From positions 57,338-121,337 of the forward strand of contig CAZUNO010000005.1 in assembly GCA_964621445.1 (NCBI GenBank): a stretch of 64,000 nucleotides of DNA, in the 5' to 3' direction. Made by a program: the position numbers and the translations under genes. A model generated the notes under the pieces. That model ran no database searches and was not told where the DNA came from. It worked only from the letters and a program-made list of their open reading frames with translations. This document shows, one piece after another, positions 48,343 to 58,221 of this stretch. The DNA is from Candidatus Hadarchaeota archaeon (GTDB taxonomy: Archaea; CAYQAE01; CAYVLA01). Each line of letters starts with the position of its first letter. Position 1 is the first letter of the stretch.

Positions 48343-51060
48343 CTAGGCCTCTGCCCGCTGGGTATCATCCACTTCCCTTTCCGCCCCATCTCGGATCACC
48401 ATTGAACCCAACATGAGTTCATCAATCTCCGATACGAAAACCGGTGAAAGGTCTTTCATATCCCTCACGAAGAAAATACGACCCCCTCCTATGTCGGCGA
48501 TCTGTTGGGCCAGCCGCGGATTATACCACTTTGACTCCCCATCCTCGTCCACATCCCCGATACATACCACGGAGATGGTTATCCCGTACTTGGCGGTCAT
48601 CCTGGCACATCTGCGTGCATACTCGGCGGCGAATCTTTTCGGCTTAGGATGAGTGGCATCGCCATCCGTTAGCAGTATGACCTGCTTCCTACGTTCCGAA
48701 ACGACTTCCGGGTCATTGGAGCCCGGCTCCATATCCTTAAGGTCGCCAACCAATAGGTCCAGTGACCTCCTCAACCCGGCAGCGATGTTGGTTCCACCCT
48801 TTGGTAGCAAATTCGCCACCTCGGCAAGGGTCGTGTTTCGATCGGACCCCAAATCTGTGACCTCGGTGGAAAGGTCCCTGAAACCAACCACACCTACCCG
48901 ATTACCGTATCTCTCCGCTATAAGATTAAGCACCACTATGGCCTGTTTCGCGTACCATAGCTTATCTCCGTAGGCCATGCTCCCTGAGAGGTCCAGCACC
49001 ACCACTATATCCACGTCCCCCTCTGCCATGAGTTCACGCTTTTCCGGTTCCCTTTCGTAGACATAGAGGTTATCCCTTTGGACATCATCCCGACCATCAC
49101 GTATGGCATCCCTGATGGTTTCTCGAATGGCTATGTCCTTGTAGGAATCCCCTCTCCTATACTTTCGAACGTCCTTGATCTCCGAGCTGGGCAAGGGAGG
49201 AAGCTCCTGGTAGGAGACTCCGCGAAGCGCTGCATCAATCCTTTTCATAATCTGGTCATCGACATCGGACACCAGGAACCTCGATATCCTATGGGTAAAT
49301 GAGATTTTATCCTCTGAGCCATTGATCAGCCCCTCCCTCTCCAGATGCTTCCTCAAAGCACCCACGGGATCACCCTTTCCCTGTTTCGGTTCCGGTCTGT
49401 TTAGAATAGAGGCCAGTGCCGGGTACTGATCGGTCTTTTCCTTTGCTAGATCGGCGATATCCTCAAGAGATGCTCTGGTTCCCGATCTTTCCGCGTAAAG
49501 CTCGTCCCTTGCAGTCGAAATCTCCTTTACGGCCCTGCCTAGGTCATCGCCCTCTAATTCGCCGGAAAGCAACGAGGATTTCTCCGAGATATTGTTATAG
49601 AGACTGGTCAGGGGTTCCCAATCGATGCCAAACCTCTCTCTAATGCTTGACATCACCCTTGAATCCCTGATCCAACCACCCATATCCAGGTAATCAAACA
49701 CAAAGGTAGCTAGAAAGGTCATCGCCCCAAAAAGGCCCACCAGAAAAAAAGGCGATATGTTGTCGAAGGCGTGAGGAGGATCCATACCATTACCGGGTCC
49801 CGCGGAACCTTCCCCGGTCTGGCCTAGAACCCTTCCAGTGTAATTCTCGACCACCCAGGTTCGATTCTCATCCTGGACATAGAGACTGTCCGTATCCCCG
49901 TCATATGTTATCGTCGCGTTACTGCCCGGGTCGACCCCGGTCTCCTCGCTTATCTCACCCATTATGGAGTCCGGTATGTCGGTAACCTCCGTTCCCCCAC
50001 TGACATTGGTACCATCCGCGACCTCCCTCAAGTCGTCGGATAGATTGGGCATGTCCTCGTCGATATTGCCGGGATTTGCATTGTCTACTATTAGAAAGGC
50101 CACCAGGCCAAACACCAGTATGGCGCAGGCCACCATGATCGGGGTTCTATACCGTAAGGACCCGCCTGGTCGCTTTGATGAGGACTCCTTCTCCTCCTTG
50201 GCTCCTAGGAAAACATCCTGGAGAAGATTTCTAGCCACTTCCCGGTTACTCTTCCAGGAAAAGGGGTTGACCTTTATGGAATGGGACAGGGATGAATTAC
50301 ACGAGTTATACAGGTCTCTCTCCTCCGGTTCCCGTCCCGAGAGCTCGCTGCTGGCTGACACGTTTTCCACAAACCTCACGCCGGCCCTGGTGCTTGCTCC
50401 CTGTTCTAGATCGGGATGCCTTCTGCTTCTTTCCAGAAATCTCGAGGCGATATCGGGAACGTAATCCGGAACTGGAGCCAGAGTTTGGGACTTGGATCGT
50501 ATGTATTCCTTTTCGAGATCACGGTCCTCTGGATAGGAAACGGTCACTACCTGGAAATGATCCAATAGTTTGGGATCGATTTGATCTGATGTGGCCAGGG
50601 CAATGATCCTTGCATCCACATCAACCTTATACTGGAAGATCTCAATCATCCCGGTGTCCAAGAAATCCGCCAGGGCCATCGTTAGCTTCCGTGGCATGTT
50701 GTCGATATCCCTGAACAGTATCGCTCCCCCGTCGCTCTTCTCGATAATTCCGGGTATGTAGGATCTATCGTCCGAGAATCCGTATTCCTTGAGGGCCAGG
50801 GGATCAACATCTCCAAACAAGTCCACATTTCTCAGATTGGACGAGCAGTTAACCCTATCTGTATCTAGATCCAGCACTTCCAGGATAATGGAGGCCACGT
50901 TCTCCTTATCCACTCCCCGGGGACCGATGATCAGGATTGGTCTTCCAGTTAGGACGGATGATATGAGGTCAGCCTTCTCCCTTTCCGAAAGCAAGGTCTC
51001 GGATAGCTTCTCCTCCATCTCTCTGATCAGGGTCCTATTATCCTTCACCTGAGATACCAA
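48343..51060 (-). CDS. ChlD-like protein: degenerate AAA+ domain - TM - extracellular loop - TM - vWA domain
   Basis: Walker A GPRGVDKE and Walker B LFRDID degenerate; TMs IMVACAILVFGLVAFLIV and FFLVGLFGAMTFLATFVF; MIDAS DLSGS, GGTNI and LLTDG intact. Confidence 0.85.
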   Translation of the reverse strand: MVSQVKDNRTLIREMEEKLSETLLSEREKADLISSVLTGRPILIIGPRGVDKENVASIILEVLDLDTDRVNCSSNLRNVDLFGDVDPLALKEYGFSDDRSYIPGIIEKSDGGAILFRDIDNMPRKLTMALADFLDTGMIEIFQYKVDVDARIIALATSDQIDPKLLDHFQVVTVSYPEDRDLEKEYIRSKSQTLAPVPDYVPDIASRFLERSRRHPDLEQGASTRAGVRFVENVSASSELSGREPEERDLYNSCNSSLSHSIKVNPFSWKSNREVARNLLQDVFLGAKEEKESSSKRPGGSLRYRTPIMVACAILVFGLVAFLIVDNANPGNIDEDMPNLSDDLREVADGTNVSGGTEVTDIPDSIMGEISEETGVDPGSNATITYDGDTDSLYVQDENRTWVVENYTGRVLGQTGEGSAGPGNGMDPPHAFDNISPFFLVGLFGAMTFLATFVFDYLDMGGWIRDSRVMSSIRERFGIDWEPLTSLYNNISEKSSLLSGELEGDDLGRAVKEISTARDELYAERSGTRASLEDIADLAKEKTDQYPALASILNRPEPKQGKGDPVGALRKHLEREGLINGSEDKISFTHRISRFLVSDVDDQIMKRIDAALRGVSYQELPPLPSSEIKDVRKYRRGDSYKDIAIRETIRDAIRDGRDDVQRDNLYVYEREPEKRELMAEGDVDIVVVLDLSGSMAYGDKLWYAKQAIVVLNLIAERYGNRVGVVGFRDLSTEVTDLGSDRNTTLAEVANLLPKGGTNIAAGLRRSLDLLVGDLKDMEPGSNDPEVVSERRKQVILLTDGDATHPKPKRFAAEYARRCARMTAKYGITISVVCIGDVDEDGESKWYNPRLAQQIADIGGGRIFFVRDMKDLSPVFVSEIDELMLGSMVIRDGAEREVDDTQRAEA

Positions 51061-52073
51061 CCATAATCATGTAGAACTTCGAGGGCCTGTTTCTTTACCT
51101 CCGAATGGGGGGCTCCGGTAGCCGCGGGGAGAACCGAACAAAGGGCATCATATAGATCCTTAACCTGGGCAGAGCCGTTTCCGGAGATAAGCGAGTAGGC
51201 CTGGGTCTTCTCGAAGATCTTTATGCTCGCCCTCACGCTGGCCGGTTGGAAATTTGTGTTATTACCCCTTGTTTTTTGGGTTGAGGATGCAATAGCTTCC
51301 ATCATCTCCTCACCCACCTTAACTCCAAGATCCTTTGCCTCATTCTTTATTATCGTTGCCTCGTCCTGGATCCTATTGGGATAGGACATCTCTATAACGT
51401 CAACTCTATCAAGTAGTACGTCGATGAGGGGAACATCGCCAGACTCGGCGGAAAGATTGGATGTGGCTATCATAAGGAAATCCGCCGGGTAGTCCAGATC
51501 GTAACCCGAGATGGTGGCCTTCCCTTCATCAAGGACCTGCAAAAAGGCCCCCTGCAACCTCTGGGGCATCTTCGCAATCTCGTCGCAGAAGACTATCCCG
51601 TTATTGCCCTTGAGCAGTTTTCCCGGAGTGAAAGCCCGATAATCATCGGGGGAGTATTTGAAAGCCGCAACTGGATCTATGTCTCCAAGGAGGTCCTGGA
51701 CGGTTAGGTCAGGGCTTCCCTGAATTCTCACGAATCTCTCGAGGCCACTGACATTTCTTGTAGGGGCTCTCTCCGGGTCCATTTCCGAATCGCCGTATCG
51801 GCTCCTACAAACTGGACACGCAATCTGATCGGGCTGACAGTTGAACTCGCATCCCTCTATCACATTGATAGGACCCAGCATCTTTGCCATCTCCTTGGCT
51901 AGCGTGGTCTTTCCACAACCCCTTGGCCCCTTGAGGATGACATCGTGTCCGGCCACAATTGAGGCCAGGAACTGCTTCTTCGCTTCCCTCTGTCCAATTA
52001 TCCGGGATAGCGGATCCTTTCCCTCTCTCACCGACTTGATTAGGATTTCTCGGATCTCGGTTTTGACATCCAT
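51045..52073 (-). CDS. ChlI/MoxR-like AAA+ ATPase
   Basis: IIGQ, Walker A GPRGCGKTT, C-x3-C-x6-C-x2-C motif, RIQGSPDLT..DLLGDIDP, Walker B FCDE, ATSN, LLDR, sensor II SVRA. Confidence 0.9.
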   Translation of the reverse strand: MDVKTEIREILIKSVREGKDPLSRIIGQREAKKQFLASIVAGHDVILKGPRGCGKTTLAKEMAKMLGPINVIEGCEFNCQPDQIACPVCRSRYGDSEMDPERAPTRNVSGLERFVRIQGSPDLTVQDLLGDIDPVAAFKYSPDDYRAFTPGKLLKGNNGIVFCDEIAKMPQRLQGAFLQVLDEGKATISGYDLDYPADFLMIATSNLSAESGDVPLIDVLLDRVDVIEMSYPNRIQDEATIIKNEAKDLGVKVGEEMMEAIASSTQKTRGNNTNFQPASVRASIKIFEKTQAYSLISGNGSAQVKDLYDALCSVLPAATGAPHSEVKKQALEVLHDYGWYLR

Positions 52074-52332
52074 GACCTCAACACACCCCTTCGTGTTAGT
52101 CTTCCTACCGTTTAACTCTATTCTATTTCATTCTGAAATAACTGAAAGGCGAAATAATGGGGCTTCAAATGTCTAGGATTTCCCTTTTCTTATTTAATAA
52201 CATTTTATGAAAATTGGTATGTCATAATTACTGCAATATAATAATACTAATTATATATTCCACCATTACCTTGACCGTGAAACGGCGTTTTTCGCCTACA
52301 TAAGATTAATAAGGTAAATCATCAGCGCTCCA

Positions 52333-53154
52333 ATGCTCACAATTCAGGGAAATCCAGGGGGCAACGCAGGCTTGGATGAATATATATTATTCTCGAAAAA
52401 CGGAGAGGACTCCTTCGAGGTCAAGATTCCCTTTTCTTCCGACTCCTTGAACCAGGTCTCGGATCTACTGACCAAGCAAGGATTCCTAGTGGAAAGAAAG
52501 GAGATGGATAGGCTTCAGACCGAATTAGTCGAACTCAAGTCCATGCTAAGTGAAGTAAGGGAAGAAAACGAAAGCCTCGGTCGACTTCTCCAAGATATCC
52601 TCAAAGGACTGGACAGCACCAAGTCCCAAGGCGCTAACCGGGAGACCAAATCGGGACTGACCGATACGGGAACTGAGAAGATGAGAATCCCGGATGATAA
52701 GATCTCCATGCTCCCCTCCCCGGATACAAAGGCATTCAAGCTCATAAGCAAGCTGGCAAAGGAGCACATGGATGAGAAATTTACCACCTCCGGCCTAAGC
52801 CTGTACGAAAAGCGAGTTTTCTCCCTTCTAGTCAAGAGATATGAGTTCGCGAGAAGGGTGGGTAAGAAGGGTCGCAGCGTCGTATATACCTTCCACCCTC
52901 CGGCCCTTGAATCCCTATGCAAGGAGCTCGGCGGAAGGGCCATGATCTCAGTTCGTTCCCGGGTGAGATCGAAATCGGTGGTGGACTTCCTGGAAAAGAT
53001 GAAGGATAGATATCCCCATTTCTGTTACAGAGAGGTTCCCAGCCAAACCGGGTACAAGCAACATGAGCTTCTCTTCTCCGACAAGTCGGTCAGAAAATCG
53101 GTGATGGGCAACCTGACCCGGACCTTCGGGCCGAACAGCGTCAAGATCCTGTAG
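52333..53154 (+). CDS. Hypothetical protein with coiled coil and possible winged-helix domain
   Basis: Heptad-rich MDRLQTELVELKSMLSEVREENESL segment; basic helix-wing-like region (RVGKKGRSVVYTF). Confidence 0.55.
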   Translation: MLTIQGNPGGNAGLDEYILFSKNGEDSFEVKIPFSSDSLNQVSDLLTKQGFLVERKEMDRLQTELVELKSMLSEVREENESLGRLLQDILKGLDSTKSQGANRETKSGLTDTGTEKMRIPDDKISMLPSPDTKAFKLISKLAKEHMDEKFTTSGLSLYEKRVFSLLVKRYEFARRVGKKGRSVVYTFHPPALESLCKELGGRAMISVRSRVRSKSVVDFLEKMKDRYPHFCYREVPSQTGYKQHELLFSDKSVRKSVMGNLTRTFGPNSVKIL

Positions 53155-54064
53155 AGTTTAGGTCCCCGGAATCCAGGCCCATAACCACCCCGTAAATGAC
53201 GTCCCCCACAGCCTTGAGGCTATCGGCATCTATCTTGTCCAGGTCGTCCTTCTCAGTATGCCAGTATGAATTCAGGGGGCCATATTCGAAATCGATGAGC
53301 ACACATGATGGGACCCCAGCAGACATGAAAGGCACGTGATCGTCCAGCACCATTATCTGTGATTGGCCGAAATGTTCATTATACCCCATCTCATCGGCCT
53401 TAGCCCATATATAATTCAACAGCTCCCTGTCCGAGTTACCATCCCTTTGAATCATAAGCTTTCTGTCCCCGATCATATCCGGTACAATGAGCCAGGAGGG
53501 TAAACTCTCCTCCTCTTCCAGCAGCTCAACAAGGTGGCGACTCCCGTAGAACATTGTCTCCGGATCATCCCCCGTGTCCTCACCGTCGAAGAATATCAAC
53601 CACACCGTATGCTCCAGGGCCTGCTCAACCAGCACTTCTCCCAGCTCCAACAGCAGTCCGGCACTGGACCCGCCATCATTGGCCCCGGGAATATCCTTGG
53701 TATCGTAGTGGCCCCCAACCGCTATTATCCCCCTCCCTCCACTTCCTGGTATGATCCCTATGATATTTTCCATATCATAATCAGTACCCTCATAGGTGGC
53801 CACGAAGGGGTCACACCTGACCTTCAATCCCATCACCCGTAGCTGACCTTTGATGTACTCCCTGGCCTGGGCAATCGAATCAGATCCTATGGACCGAGGA
53901 CCCAGGGACACCAGGTGTTCCACCTGTGAAAGGGCCCTTTCACCGGATACGGGGGTCATATCGCCATCCCCGATGGAAACCTCATTACCGTGGTCCAGGA
54001 TGAAGAGCATGGAGAGGAGGGCTCCGAGAAGCAAAATTATGGAAATAGTAAGCTTTCGGTCCAT
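53141..54064 (-). CDS. Membrane-anchored M28 metallopeptidase / glutaminyl cyclase-like
   Basis: N-terminal TM; GHYDT, GANDGGSS, FFDGED, DMIG, DDHVPF, YWHT..D Zn-ligand motifs. Confidence 0.88.
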   Translation of the reverse strand: MDRKLTISIILLLGALLSMLFILDHGNEVSIGDGDMTPVSGERALSQVEHLVSLGPRSIGSDSIAQAREYIKGQLRVMGLKVRCDPFVATYEGTDYDMENIIGIIPGSGGRGIIAVGGHYDTKDIPGANDGGSSAGLLLELGEVLVEQALEHTVWLIFFDGEDTGDDPETMFYGSRHLVELLEEEESLPSWLIVPDMIGDRKLMIQRDGNSDRELLNYIWAKADEMGYNEHFGQSQIMVLDDHVPFMSAGVPSCVLIDFEYGPLNSYWHTEKDDLDKIDADSLKAVGDVIYGVVMGLDSGDLNSTGS

Positions 54065-54121
54065 GATAAAAGATTAATAAGCAAATCAGAGGCTTATTAA
54101 CGTTCCCTAAGAGGTCGCAAG

Positions 54122-55609
54122 TTGAGAAGAACCCTTCCCATACTGCTCTTGATCCTTATATTCTCCCCGATTTCGGTCTTTTCTTTCGCCGAAGTTGAGA
54201 GAATGCCCTACTTCGTCAAATCCCAAGGCGGGAAGACGATTTACTGGAACGAATCCTATAGGATCCTCGCCGGCGACCTGGAACTCCAGCTGGTAACCGG
54301 TACAGCACGGGTATCCGACCAGTTTGGTGACCGGATGCTGGAATGGGATCCGGAAATAATATCCATAAAGGTCGAAGACGAGGAGGTAATGCGTAGAAAG
54401 ACGCTTGAATTCATCTCCGACGATCCCCTCCTCAACATGCCTTTCCTGGGGATAGGCGGCGTGGTGTCCCCAACAAATGAGATAATGGGACTAACCCCTT
54501 CGGGGGCACCCGCATCCAATTTGGAGTGGGGAGAGAAAGGAGAGGAAGGTGTTGTGTCCTGGTCTACCTCGTATCAATACAAGGCCGGGGATAGAATATC
54601 ATGGCTTAATAGGTCCTTCCTGCTGAATGCGAGCCTTAAGATCGATTGTGAATTCACGGTTGTGGATGCATATCAGGCCATGGAACAGAAGGTAATGGTC
54701 ACCAACGGGGACGAATCCCAGTCCCTTCCCTTCCCCCTGGAGACCGCGTTCTGCCTGGGCTCCTCATTTGAGGAAAAGGCCTTGAGCCTGCCAAATATGA
54801 CCCTTGAACCCGACAGGTACTTCACCTATCCGGCCACCGACCTTCCCGTCCAGTGGTATGACCCCGCCTCAGATTCCTACAGCCTGCCGGGATCCATGTG
54901 GTCGGAGGATGATCTTCCCGGACTTCTATATACCGAGTTTGATCTTCAAAACCGCGACTGGTTCGGCGCAGTAACCGAAACCCAGATATCCTATCAAATG
55001 CAGGGAGGCGCGGGGGTGAGGGTGCTTTCAAGCCAGGGATTTGAAGATTTCCGCCCCTATTCCATGTTCATCTCCGGCGAGGATGACCACATGGTATTCG
55101 GGTTCAAACCGTACAGCCAAGCCGGGAGTTACGATGATTTCACACCCATGACCGTTGATCCGGGTGAACAAGCATCACTTGAACTCCTTTGGTTTTTCCC
55201 GGAGTCCGAGGGGGAAACCATGGGACTGTCCGACCTCGAGGAGTTCGCCAACCAGTCCATCTCAGTTTCGCAATTCGTCCAATCGGAGAAGGACGCGGAA
55301 GAGCTCTTCAAGGAGGCTAATTCCCTGGCCGCTGATGGCCAGATGGTCCAAGCGGTCGACAAGGCCACCTCGGCCTTCCTCACCTACCAGAATCTGGGAA
55401 AGATTTCTGACACCATGCTGGAGGAGAGCCGCAACATCAATACCACGATAACAACCTGGAGGAACTCAGCATCCGACCCCGAACCCCACCCAGAAAAGGG
55501 GGATAGGAGCGCCATGTTCATCACCCTGGGGATCTTCCTGGTTCTATTAATCTCGATTTCGTTCTGGGTCTATGTCATCAAGCCACGCCGTGCACAGGGA
55601 AATGATTAA
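54122..55609 (+). CDS. Exported protein with beta-sandwich body, helical stalk and C-terminal TM anchor
   Basis: Signal peptide, acidic body, helical A..LF..A......A...A..A segment, TM + KPRR. Confidence 0.7.
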   Translation: MRRTLPILLLILIFSPISVFSFAEVERMPYFVKSQGGKTIYWNESYRILAGDLELQLVTGTARVSDQFGDRMLEWDPEIISIKVEDEEVMRRKTLEFISDDPLLNMPFLGIGGVVSPTNEIMGLTPSGAPASNLEWGEKGEEGVVSWSTSYQYKAGDRISWLNRSFLLNASLKIDCEFTVVDAYQAMEQKVMVTNGDESQSLPFPLETAFCLGSSFEEKALSLPNMTLEPDRYFTYPATDLPVQWYDPASDSYSLPGSMWSEDDLPGLLYTEFDLQNRDWFGAVTETQISYQMQGGAGVRVLSSQGFEDFRPYSMFISGEDDHMVFGFKPYSQAGSYDDFTPMTVDPGEQASLELLWFFPESEGETMGLSDLEEFANQSISVSQFVQSEKDAEELFKEANSLAADGQMVQAVDKATSAFLTYQNLGKISDTMLEESRNINTTITTWRNSASDPEPHPEKGDRSAMFITLGIFLVLLISISFWVYVIKPRRAQGND

Positions 55610-56100
55610 CCATCATCCATCCGGTAGGTCATCTTGATTGCATCCTCTCCATCCCTGTAATACCCAGGTACCAATCTATCGGTCTCGTACCCCAGTGAAC
55701 GGTAGAGTTCTATGGCCGAGGTATTGCTTTTCCTAACCTCAAGTTTCACCCGGTCAGCCCCTGCTTCCTCCAGCTTTCTGTCCACATTCCTGATAAGCAG
55801 TCGGGCTATCCCCCTTCTTCGTTTCTCCGGACGGACGGCTATCGATATGATGTGGCCCTCCCTTTCATTCCTGATATCGGCTATAACATAGCCAAGCAGA
55901 CGATCATCTGCCTCAGCCACCAGAAATGTTGATCTATTCTTGTTGGCCAAAAACCTTAGGTACCCCATTGGGTAAGGACTAGGGAAGGATTTTTCCTCTA
56001 GGTCGAGTATCCTCTCCAAGTCCTCGCGGCGTACCTCCCTGATCCCGATTTCCGCAGCGCCTTCCAGGTGACTTCCCCCTTGACCTTTCAGCAAACCCAA
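55606..56100 (-). CDS. rimI: RimI/Ard1-like N-acetyltransferase (GNAT)
   Basis: LEE.SF..PY, GHIISIAV.P..RRRGIA, LEVR.SN..AI.LY, YY.DGEDA; true start uncertain. Confidence 0.92.
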   Translation of the reverse strand: MGLLKGQGGSHLEGAAEIGIREVRREDLERILDLEEKSFPSPYPMGYLRFLANKNRSTFLVAEADDRLLGYVIADIRNEREGHIISIAVRPEKRRRGIARLLIRNVDRKLEEAGADRVKLEVRKSNTSAIELYRSLGYETDRLVPGYYRDGEDAIKMTYRMDDG

Positions 56101-56238
56101 ATCATGGCCTAATATATTTGAGCCAGGGTCCGAGCCCTTCCATTACCCAATATGCAGTTCAGATTCTCCAAATTTTCCCTTAATCCATGGTCATACATAT
56201 TAGTCATTTCAGTCAATTTTCCTCAAGGCGTGTAGAAC

Positions 56239-56643
56239 TTGAGCAACAGGAGACGTGGCATAAACTACGAAAGGAAGTTGGTGGACCTACTTCATGAAAT
56301 GGGCTATGCTGCGGTTAGGGTGGCCGGGAGCGGAGCCAAAGCCCTGCCTTGCCCCGACGTCGTTGCCTGTCATAAAGGGGACATACTGGCCATAGAGGTC
56401 AAGACCACGCGCAAGAACCAGGTCTACCTGTCGGACAACCAGGTCGATGATCTAAAGATCTATTCCAGGAATGCCGGGGCCAAGCCGCTGGTAGCCGTAA
56501 AATTCACCCATCTCGACTGGTATTTTCTAGAGCCATCCGAGATTCCCAGGACCGATGGAAGCGTATTGGTGGTCTCCAGGGATATGGCCACCCAGGAAGG
56601 GTTAACCTCCCTGGACATCAAGCCCATGACCGAGAAGGTGTAG
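56239..56643 (+). CDS. hjc: Holliday junction resolvase Hjc
   Basis: G..YER.L, R..GSG, PDVVA, IEVK PD-(D/E)XK motifs. Confidence 0.93.
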   Translation: MSNRRRGINYERKLVDLLHEMGYAAVRVAGSGAKALPCPDVVACHKGDILAIEVKTTRKNQVYLSDNQVDDLKIYSRNAGAKPLVAVKFTHLDWYFLEPSEIPRTDGSVLVVSRDMATQEGLTSLDIKPMTEKV

Positions 56644-56645
56644 GT

Positions 56646-57716
56646 TTGCAGATCCTCAAATTGGATCTGAAGAATAACACGGTAAAGCTGAAAATCGATG
56701 ATATCGATGACCTTTGGGTCGTATACAACACCATCGAGCAGGGCGATCGTGTCCGCGCCAGGACCTTCAGAAGGGAAAAACTGGATAACCAGGACTCCCG
56801 TCCGGAGAGGCCCCAGAAGAAACCCGTATTCCTGACCATCCAGGTCGAGAAGGTGGAATTACACAAATACGTTAACATGGTCCGCCTCATAGGGAGGATA
56901 ATTGATGGTGTGGACGTTGGCAGTTATCACAGCATAAACGTTAGAGAGGGCACCGTATTCTCCATTGTGAGGGATTGGACAAGGAGCGAGATCGGGAATC
57001 TAAAGGAGGCGGTCAAGGACAGCAAGAGACCCTCCGTCCTGGTTGTGGCTCTGGAAGAGGGAGAGGCTACATTCGGACTGGTGAGGCAGAGGGGAATTGA
57101 CTTAATGGGCGATATATCGCATAACATCCCCGGGAAACGTGAGAAGGGTTCCCGCGAATCATCCCGGAAAGAGTTCTTTTCCCAGTTAGTCAATGGAATT
57201 CAAGATTTTGTCGAGTCCAGGAATACAGAATACGTGCTGATAGTTGGGCCCGAGCTAACCCGTACCGGATTCAGTAAATATGTACAGGAAAAGGGGCTAC
57301 TGGATGATGTTAACCTATCCTATGAGACCTGTTTTTCCCCCGGTGAGCCTGGGATATACGAGGCCATTCGAAGAGGTGCCGTCGATAGACTTGTAAAGAC
57401 CAGCCGGGTGTCCCAGGAGATGTCCTGGATGGAGGACCTGTTGGAGGAGATAGCAAAGGAGGGCAAGGCTACCTACGGTGCAGATCAGGTCGAAAACGCG
57501 GTAATGGCTGGGGCGGTGGACACCCTTCTGATTACCGATGAGTTTTTCCGTAAGCGGAGACGACGATCGGAGCGGCTTATGAACAAGGTCGAGGATTATT
57601 CGGGCCAGCACGTGTTGATAAGCACCGACCATCAGGGCGGTAAAAAGCTCCAATCTCTGGGAGGGGTGGCCGCAATCCTGAGGTACCAACTCCCCGACAC
57701 GGGGATAGGTTCCTAA
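56646..57716 (+). CDS. pelA: mRNA surveillance protein pelota (aDom34)
   Basis: DDLW, GD.V...T.R, G.YH, IPGK, YG...V..A...GAV..LL, LGG.AAILRY. Confidence 0.95.
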   Translation: MQILKLDLKNNTVKLKIDDIDDLWVVYNTIEQGDRVRARTFRREKLDNQDSRPERPQKKPVFLTIQVEKVELHKYVNMVRLIGRIIDGVDVGSYHSINVREGTVFSIVRDWTRSEIGNLKEAVKDSKRPSVLVVALEEGEATFGLVRQRGIDLMGDISHNIPGKREKGSRESSRKEFFSQLVNGIQDFVESRNTEYVLIVGPELTRTGFSKYVQEKGLLDDVNLSYETCFSPGEPGIYEAIRRGAVDRLVKTSRVSQEMSWMEDLLEEIAKEGKATYGADQVENAVMAGAVDTLLITDEFFRKRRRRSERLMNKVEDYSGQHVLISTDHQGGKKLQSLGGVAAILRYQLPDTGIGS

Positions 57717-57831
57717 AAACCTGTCAGGGAAAATACGAAACAAACTTAAATAACCAGATAAGGTCAAATCTTCCGGGACATGGTCCCGCTATCACGTCAA
57801 GAGACGGAGACATTTGCACGGAGGTACAAAG

Positions 57832-58143
57832 ATGAAAGAAAACACAGTGTATATCGGAAAAAAGAAATTGATGAACTATGTACTGGCCATCGTTACGCAG
57901 TTCAACTCGGCGAACGCGGACGAAGTTGTAGTAAAGGCCAGAGGGAGAGCCATAAGTACTGCAGTTGATACATGCGAGGTTACCAAAAACCGTTTCCTTC
58001 CCGACCTGGTCTACAAGGACATTAAGTTGTCAACGGAGACAGCGAAGAGAGACGACGGAAGTGAGCTCAACGTTTCGTCGTTCGAGGCCATCCTGAGCCG
58101 GGGTAATCCGGAATCCAAGAAAAAGGAAAACGACTCCGAATAA
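57832..58143 (+). CDS. albA: DNA/RNA-binding protein Alba
   Basis: VYIGKK.LMNYV, KARGRAIS.AVD; ATG at 57832 after GGAGGT. Confidence 0.95.
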   Translation: MKENTVYIGKKKLMNYVLAIVTQFNSANADEVVVKARGRAISTAVDTCEVTKNRFLPDLVYKDIKLSTETAKRDDGSELNVSSFEAILSRGNPESKKKENDSE

Positions 58144-58221
58144 TTTCCCGATTAGTTTTCCTTCACAGGTACCGCTTGATCTGAGTAATAGATAATAGAG
58201 CTTGGCGGTTCCGGCCTATTA

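Noticed and set aside
48343-52073. Annotation as a true magnesium chelatase (chlorophyll synthesis)
   Set aside because: No H subunit or tetrapyrrole genes in the window, and the D-like subunit has TM helices.
57774-57788. Hairpin CGGGAC-ATG-GTCCCG in the alba leader
   Set aside because: A 6-bp stem is within chance expectation; no other support for a structured RNA.
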